64,000 nucleotides of DNA from Salpingoeca rosetta (Eukaryota > Protista > Choanoflagellata). How positions within the stretch are numbered: the stretch's first letter is position 1; the number at the start of each line of letters is the position of its first letter. Both the position numbers and the translations under genes were made by a program. Of this stretch, positions 48,901-64,000 are shown one piece after another. The stretch lies in the NCBI GenBank assembly GCA_033442325.1, contig JAWQFM010000012.1, positions 1 to 64,000 on the forward strand, in the 5' to 3' direction. Under the pieces are notes generated by a model. That model was not told where the DNA came from. It saw nothing but the letters and a program-made list of their open reading frames with translations, and made no database searches.

Positions 48901-51900
48901 CCACTGTCTCGCTGACGACCTATAATGAAGCCGACGTCGTTGCACTCCACGCGTTCCCATCGATGCGCACGGCTGGTGCACCGCCCACAACCGCCCCGCT
49001 CTCCAACGTCCTGCTCAACACGGCCGCCCTCAACCCAGACAACGCAGCACTGCAGCACCCGTTGACTGTCAGCGCGTACAGCGCCAGCGGCAGTGGCACC
49101 ACACTATCACCGTCGACGTCGCTCGTGTGCTCCTCAAGTGCACCAGAGGCGCTGCAAGTTGATGCCAGCTGCGGGTATGTGCACTTCACTGGTGCTGAGA
49201 CAGCCGGCAGCGACAGTGCACAGGTGGTGGTCCAGCACGCCACGCTGCCTCTCAACACGACGCTCAGATACAAGGTGTGGCACCCAGCCGCATTTCGCAT
49301 TGCTATCGACGTACAGGGCAGCAGCAGCGGCAGTGACGTGGTGCTGCGGCGTATTGGTGGCACGGCGTTGTACCAGCATGTCGGATACACGATTGAGGCA
49401 GACTGGTCATCCGCAACGGCAATGACAAGTGGCGGCGCTGATGATTGGTTGAACAGCACGGATGTGACCGAAGAGGTGTGGCCGTTGCTGCAGGGGCAAC
49501 ACGTGGGCGGTGGCAGTGGTGATGGGAATGTGATTGTCACACCTTTGTCAATCACAACCAACACATCTGGCACGTTCAGGCTGTGCATTTCGCATCCGCT
49601 GCGCACACCGTCGTGTCTCGGTGCGCGAGACATTGAAGCGACAGACAGCGAACCAGCAACACCCGTGGCCATTTCCGCCACCGTCGTTGCATCTGTCACT
49701 GCTGCGACCACCACATCAAGTGCCGATACCTACACCCGCGTGTCATCATCCTTCACGTCTGTGCTGACAGCAGACCAGCAGAGCGCATCCGTCGTCGTCC
49801 ACGCCATCTTCAGCGACGGCAGCACCCGAGTCCTCGACCCCGCACTGCACAACACCACCGTCACCACCGGCAGCCCAGCGCTCATTGCTACCAACATTAA
49901 CGCTGCGAGCAGCAACAGCCACCCCTTCGTGACGACGCTTGGCGGTGGATCTGTTGCCGTGGGCCTCACATGGTACGTGTCTGACACCACGACTGTGCAC
50001 GGTACCGTGGACGTGGTGAGCGCCCTTCCCGCTGTGACCGGTGTGCGCGTTGCAGGGCTTCCAGCAGCAATGGCGCCGTCCACAGACGTGAGTTCGCAGC
50101 TGCCGGCGAACCTGGCATCATCAACCCTGGTTTCGGTCTTCCTGCAGTATGACGATGGCACGGAGATTGACTTTACAACAGACGCGCGCACGAACATCGC
50201 GACAGAGGGAAACATCACTGCAACGGTCGATGGCACGCGCTTGCGTGTGGCTGTTGCGGATGGCAGCACGGAAGGGCAGGCGCGGCTGCTGGTGTCGTTT
50301 GAGCACACGGGCGTGACGGCGTCATTGGCTGTCGAGGTTGTGGTCGCCACTGGACTGCGGGTTGCGCTCCGGCCCTTCCCGGCCTTTCCTGGATCCGAGG
50401 ACGAAGAAGTGGCGGAGGTGCGGCGATTGGGCGCGTCCAACACGTGGCAGCAGGCGATGGTCGATGTCAGTGCAGTGTTGTCGTCCGGAGAAGTTGTGTC
50501 GGGGAACGACCACGCAGAGCTGATGGTTTCCACGCCCGCATTCTTCAACTACAACAGCAACACGCGCCTCGTCTCACCAACGCCGCAGCTGCCCGGTGAC
50601 GAAGGGATGGCCGTGGTAGTGGCGACGCTGCGTGACCTCTTCAACACCACCGCCGTCACCGTCTCCTCGCTCGCCTGGGGTGTGGCCAGCATCACACCTG
50701 TCCTGCCGGCAACAACGCTCGCTGGAACCGTCAACACCAAGCAGCAGATGCGGGCGAGCGTGGTGATGGAGAACGGGCTCACGCTCACGACCACTTACCT
50801 CTTCCCAAACGGCGGCGCGCTCGCCCTGCCCAACCTCATCACGTTCGATATCACCACGCCCACGGCGACAGATGCCGTTGTCATCGACAGCGCAACGGGA
50901 ACAGCGACGCTGACAGGCAACTCGCGCACACAAGAGACGCTGGCGGTGTATGCGGGAGACAATGCTGACGTGAACGCCACGGCACTCTTCTATGTGAATT
51001 TGGTGCCCACAAACTACGATGTGGACTTAGGCGCCACGCAGCAGCTGCCGCTCGCACCCGTGACAGGCGGCGACACCGTTGCGATCTCTGTGCGCGTGCG
51101 ACTGCCGAGCACCCTGGCGTTTGCCTCCATCTCCCTGCAGGTCACCTTTGATGACGCTGTGCTTGAGTTTGTGGATGTGGCAGAAGGGAGCGACTGGCCT
51201 GGCGGCGAGTTTGCAGGCGGATTGGACGGCAGCGGTCGCATCTCGTTTGGTGGATCAACGGCTGGTGTTGGGCCAGGCACCCTGACCCTGTTTGAGGTGA
51301 CGCTGCGGGTCAAGGGTGGTGCAGGTGCTGGATTCTCGTCCGTCAGCGGCACAGCGGTGACGATTGCCGATGGGGACGGCACGCTGTTGGCGAGCGATGT
51401 CCCATTTGTTGCAGGCGACGTCACCCTCGAGATCACCGCACCTGCGCGTCGTCGTCGTAGTCATCAAAGCGCCAGCGCCACCAGCACTACTGTCGCGCGT
51501 GCATTCGGGTTCAGCAGCACCACAGCCAGCCGTGCACGTCGCGCGGAGTGTGGCTCGCCGCCTTGCGCTGTGTGCATGGACCAGCGGCAGATTGGTGACG
51601 CGGATGGCAACTGCTTGTTTGACGTGCGTGACGTGACTTTTCTGAAACGGTTCCTGAATGAGCGGCTGCTTGATCCAGATGGCGCGTTTGTGTCCGCGGT
51701 TCAGGCGTTTCAAATGCCGGACATGGACGCCGACGGCAACACGATCATCAACACCGTCGACGTCAACTTCCTCCTGCGCGCCAACTTTGGTCTGTTTGCA
51801 CTCGTGCGGAGCGTGAACATGACAGCGCCAGACACGGACCCGTCCCTCGCCGTCAGTGTCGAGCAGACAGAGTGTTCTGTCGCCGTGTACGTGCAGACGA

Positions 51901-53593
51901 TCAGCGGTGGCGACGGCAGGGAGCAGGTGCCCTCCGACCCACAGCGCACGGCCGTGTTTGTGTACCTGGACAGCCCCAACGTTACGCTGCACAACAACGC
52001 GCAGCTGGTGGTGACGGATGGCGAGGTGGTGGTCGCTGATGTGGCCACAAACCAGCGTGGCGTGTTCATCAAGGCGGCCCACGACCCAGCACGCGATGCG
52101 TTCTTCGTTGCTGCGTCGTCTGAGCTGCCGTCCGACCTCGTGCTCACGGGTGTGCCGCTGCTCATCAGCATTGATGCCGCTGGCGAAACCAACGCCGACC
52201 GCGCAACCGCCGCCCTCACGTACAGCGATGCGCCCGTGAGCATTGCCGGCGAGCAGCGGGTGGCGTTCACGTTCCTCGGCCAAGGGTTTGAGCTCGTGCT
52301 GAACGACTACGGGCCGAGGGTGTGGGTGTCGACGACAACGGTGAGCCGCAACTGCCGCGAGCAGCTGATGTGCGATGACGAGGCGGGCGAGTACGTGGCT
52401 GTAAACGCGACGACAACGGACAACCCGGTGTGCCGCGCGCTCACAACGTGCGTCCTTGGCGACTCTTACGAGACGCGCGCCCCAACGCAGTTCTCTGATC
52501 GGGTGTGCGCCAACACGACGGTGTGCACACCGGGGCAGGAGTACATCTCTGTGCTGCCGACGCTCGTGTCGGACCGGCGGTGCAGCAACATCTCGGCCCC
52601 GTGCACGAGCACGCAGTTTGAGGCCATGGCGCCAACGAACACGAGCGATCGCGTGTGCACCAACACAACGGTGTGTGACCTGAGCACGCAGTACATTGTG
52701 ACAGACGCCACGCTCAGCAGCAACCGCGTGTGTGCCAACATCAGCGACGCGTGCGTGTTCCCGCTGCAGTTTGAAATCCAGGCGCCGACCAACACCAGTG
52801 ACCGTGCGTGCGTGACAACGCTCGTGTGCACGGCGAGCCAATACGAGACCGTTGCGCCTACACCAACCAGCAATCGCGAATGCACTGACTTGCACACGTG
52901 CAACCTTGACGAGTATGCGATTGTCCCCCCGACACCAACCACCAACCGCGTGTGTGAGCTGGCGACGGTGTGTGATGACACGGAGTTTGAGTCTGTTGAG
53001 CTGACGCCAACCAGTGATCGCCAGTGCATGCTGAACCCCTGTAACGTCTCCACCATCTGTCTTCCCGAAGGATCGTGCATCCCAACGGCCACAGGACCGT
53101 ACTGTGACTGTCCACCGGGCATCGACTGCGGTGGGTTTGTTGTCATGTGAAATAACCAGGAGGAAGAGGAAGTGTGTGTATGTGATTGTGTGTGTATGTG
53201 ATATTGTGTGTGTATGTGATTGTGTGTGTGTATGTGATTGTGTGTGTGTGTGTTCATGTGTGCGTGTGATATCTGCTTGCGAGCTCTCTGTCTTGTTTTG
53301 TTTCTCTGGTCAATGAGGCAACGTGTGTATCCCAGACATGTGCTGACGCTGGCTCATATTGGCCCACATCTGCATGTGTGTACCACAGGCCCAACCCAGC
53401 CGCCCACGACGGATGCCTGTGCTGCTACCGTGTGTAGCGATGAGGGGATGTGTGTGTCCACCTCCTCGGGCGCATTCTGTGTATGCCCGGACAGCGCGCC
53501 AAACTGCGGTTCGTATGCGATTGTCGCACCTCACGTTTTCCCCCTCATTCCAAGTGCTCTACCATTCATGCTCATGCAATGCACGCACGGGCG

Positions 53594-53632
<39 letters not shown>

Positions 53633-55972
53633 TTACAACACACACACACACACGCACACACCCTTTACGTACCTCGCACACGCACACGCACGCACGCACA
53701 CACACACGCACACACACACACATTTACATCACACACACACACACTCACGTTGACAACACACACATATACATCGCACATACATATTTTATCAACACACCCT
53801 TTATCTCTGCAGGACCAACGACGGCTGCGCCGGACCTGAACCAGAGCTCGGATTCGTCCGTTGACGCGTCGCTGGTAGCCATCGCCACATCCTGCAGCTT
53901 TGTTGGCCTGCTGCTCGTGCTCGGGTTGGTGTATGCCAGCCGGTTCATCACGTGTGACCGCCGCAAATCGAAGCAGCCCGCCTCCGTGGGTGGTGTGCAG
54001 GTCTTTGAGCAGGAAGGGTTTGAGATGAACCTTGATGACAGCATCAGCGACGGCGATGGCGACAACAGCCGCGCGCGCCTGGACAGGCAGGTCTCTGTCC
54101 GCACACGCGAGAGCGTGGAGACGTTCAAGCCGCTGACACTCGGACGCATGGACAGCTTTGAGGAAACGCCATTTGAGGCGCAGGCGACGTTCGAAGGGGG
54201 TCCCGAGGATGGCGGGTACAGCGCACTGCCACACCAGCGGCTGACAGCCAACCCAGCATACGAGGAAACCGGCGAGCAAGCCAAGTCAAATTTCTACGAG
54301 GACGTGGGTCCTGCCGAGGGCAGCGGCAGCGGCGGCGGCGGTGGATATCAGGAGGTGCCACGCCAGCGGCTGACGGCCAACCCGGCATATGAGACAGTGA
54401 AGCAGCGGCCTGTCAGCATGGAGAACCAGTACAGCGACGTTGGGGCCGGCCATTACGACGTGCCGCACGTGAAACCGGCAAAGGAGACGGCGGAGGGGTA
54501 CGATCTTCCGCGCAAGACGCCGCGGTGGAGCGAGAACCAATATGAGGACATCAGCGCTGCGCCGAGCAGGCAGACGAAGGAAGGCGACTACGACAGGCCG
54601 CACCAGCCGAGCGAGGGCCAATATGCGTCCGTGTCGGGCGGTGCTGCGCGCAATGACGGGGACTATGACCGCAAGCCGTACATGCCCAATGCTGTTCTCT
54701 ACGATGAACTGCCGGGGAAATCACGCCGCAACTCCGTCGTGGCAGACGTCCCCGAAGGTTCTGCTCCAAAGGTTAGTTGGTTTTTGATCGGCTGGTTGAT
54801 GGTGTGTGTGTGTGTGGGTGTGTGTGTGTGCATGTGTGTGTGTTGGGGGGGGGGAGAGGGTGTGTGTGTGTGTGTGGGGGGGAGGGAGAGGGTGTGTGTG
54901 TGTGTGTGGGTGTGGGTGTGTGTGGGTGTGTGTGTGGGTGTGTTGGTGTGTGCCTTTGGCTAGCGTGGTGGCTGCCGTGTGCATCGCATCGTACCCTGAC
55001 GTAACCCTTTTCGTTGTGCCTGTCGCCACCACAGCGGCGCCGCAGCACGCGTGTGCTGAAACTGTCGGAGGATGTGCTGCGCGATCCGGAGCGCGACGTC
55101 TTCTTCGTCAAGGCGACGGCCAAGAACAAACAGTCCTACGGCGGCTCCAAGCGCGTGTACAAGGCAATGCGCTTCCAAGGTGCGACTTCAATGGAGGGTG
55201 ACTTATTGTGTGTGTGTGTGCGTGTGTGTGTAGTAATTGGCGCACCTTAATGCGCACAACTCTGAACACTTTTGTTCGTGCATACGGGCTTCCATTCACT
55301 TGCTGCCATGTTCCGACCATCGACACTCGTGATGCTCTCTCTTGGTCTCTTCAGGTGCTGCCAATGAGGCGTTTGTAATGCCTGAGGATGAAGACGTGGA
55401 TGGCGACGACGCAGATCAGCAGCAGCGCCCGGCGTACTTTGATCCCAAAGCAACACGTGATGAGAAGCCAGCGTACTTTGATCCCAAAGCCACACGTGAC
55501 GAGAAGCTAGCGTACTTTGACCCCAAAGCCACACGTGATGAGAAGCCAGCGTACTTTGATCCGGTATCAGCACCACCTAATCCAGACTACGCTTCGCCAA
55601 GCGCCGTCACACCCGGTTATGAATACGGCAGCCTGATCCAAGGTGAGCTAGCAGTTCAGTGAAACAGTGTGTGCGTATTTGTATGTGTGTGTTTTTGTGT
55701 GCGTGTGTATAGATGTGTGTCTCCATGCGTGTGTCCATGTGTGCGAACGATGTGTGCTGACGACTTCATTCCCCACCACTGGCGCAGGGCCGCCTGGTGC
55801 CGAGTATGCGAGCGTGCCGGCGCACGATGAGGGCGAGTACATGGAGCTCTCGCGTGAGGATTTGCTCGCAAACCCAATGTACGCCTCCTTTGCGGACTTG
55901 GAGGAGACCACGCACGCAGATGACGCCAACGCAGAGAGCTACCTCACCATTGTTCCCAGCAAGGACGAGTGA
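45923..55972 (+). CDS. TMEM132-like giant receptor with cohesin, dockerin, TNFR-like repeats, EGF, TM and a Tyr-motif-rich tail
   Basis: Signal peptide. 5.6-kb exon ~47568-53133. LLNTAAL...[24 protein letters not shown]...KVWHP...YQH resembles TMEM132. Cohesin-like ~51070-51436, dockerin-like ~51591-51791. [24 protein letters not shown]. Stop at 55970-55972. Confidence 0.75.
55429..55563 (+). repeat. 39-bp coding tandem repeat, ([13 protein letters not shown])x3.5
   Basis: Directly visible in DNA and translation. Confidence 0.95.
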
Positions 55973-56446
55973 ATGCCTGCAAGCACGTGCTTCGTGTGTG
56001 AGAGATGAGAGAGACAGACAGACAGAAGGAGAGTGCGCCTGAGAATGACACGTGTGTGTGTGTGTGACAGAGAGAAAGAATGTACGTGCGTGTGTGTGTG
56101 TGCGCACGCAAAGTGCGTGTTGATTATGGTATGGTATGCGGAGCGAGACCATTGGGAGTGTGTGTGTGTGTGTTGTTTGGGTTTGTGTTGTTTGGGTTTG
56201 TGGCGTGCTCTGCTGGTGATGATACACCACGCCATGTTTCATTTTCCTCCTGCCCACGTCTGAATAGAATAACTGCGTTTATGATTGCGCACGCAATGCT
56301 GAAGGAAGGGGCAATTGAAATCGAGGAGGGTGTACACATATGTACAGGGACAAGTGCGTGCGCGCATCTGTGGTGATCAGAGCCAGCGAGGTGAAGCTAC
56401 GAAGAGTTGCAAACCTGAAAAGCACAACATGGCACTGCATGTCACA

Positions 56447-61131
<4,685 letters not shown>

Positions 61132-61284
61132 CTCGCAACAGATGGGTGGTTGTGTGGTCTGGTGTGTGTTGGTGTTGTGTATCTTCGTTGCCAACCACAC
61201 ACACACAAAGCACCAAACAAATCGCTCAAGAAGCAAGACAAGCAAGACAAGCAAGCAAAAGACGAAGACCGTTTCACAGCGAAG
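61132..61284. promoter_or_regulatory. 153-bp bidirectional promoter with RFX-type motif GTTGCCA at 61187-61193
   Basis: Divergent ATGs at 61131 and 61285. The motif lies at the switch from GT-rich to CA-rich composition. Confidence 0.6.

Positions 61285-64000
<2,716 letters not shown>

Noticed and set aside
51255-52895. Long antisense ORFs opposite large exons (also 16236-17222, 18103-18948)
   Set aside because: Shadow ORFs expected from GC-rich codon bias, with no recognisable domains.
55429-55563. CRISPR-like regular repeat
   Set aside because: No unique spacers. It is an in-frame coding tandem repeat in a eukaryotic exon.

Overview
Intron-rich eukaryotic genomic DNA with (GT)n/(CA)n microsatellites in most introns and two 100-N gaps. 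Gene content and style point to a choanoflagellate, probably Salpingoeca rosetta (inference). Genes in order: CCDC174 (-); a ~6.2 kb cassette bounded by ~730-bp inverted repeats, each carrying an intron-containing tRNA-Met, enclosing an LRR-ankyrin gene and a broken COR-TIR remnant; SEH1 (+); a secreted mucin-like protein with three bacterial-type PPC-like domains (+); a giant dermatopontin/CCP/Bacteroidetes-like type I membrane protein (-); a decayed beta-propeller pseudogene (-); a giant Cys-rich/EGF/CCP/TNFR-like receptor (+); an MFS transporter (-); a TMEM132-like receptor with a cohesin-[RRRR]-dockerin module and a tail dense in phosphotyrosine-type motifs (+); HEATR4 (-) and WDR34/DYNC2I2 (+), which share a 153-bp spacer containing an RFX-type motif. 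The two strongest candidates for something new are (1) the tRNA-armed inverted-repeat cassette carrying innate-immune-like cargo between two divergent housekeeping genes, and (2) the receptor in which a cohesin and a dockerin flank a polybasic cleavage site. All protein identifications come from motif recognition by eye, not database searches. Exon boundaries were read manually.
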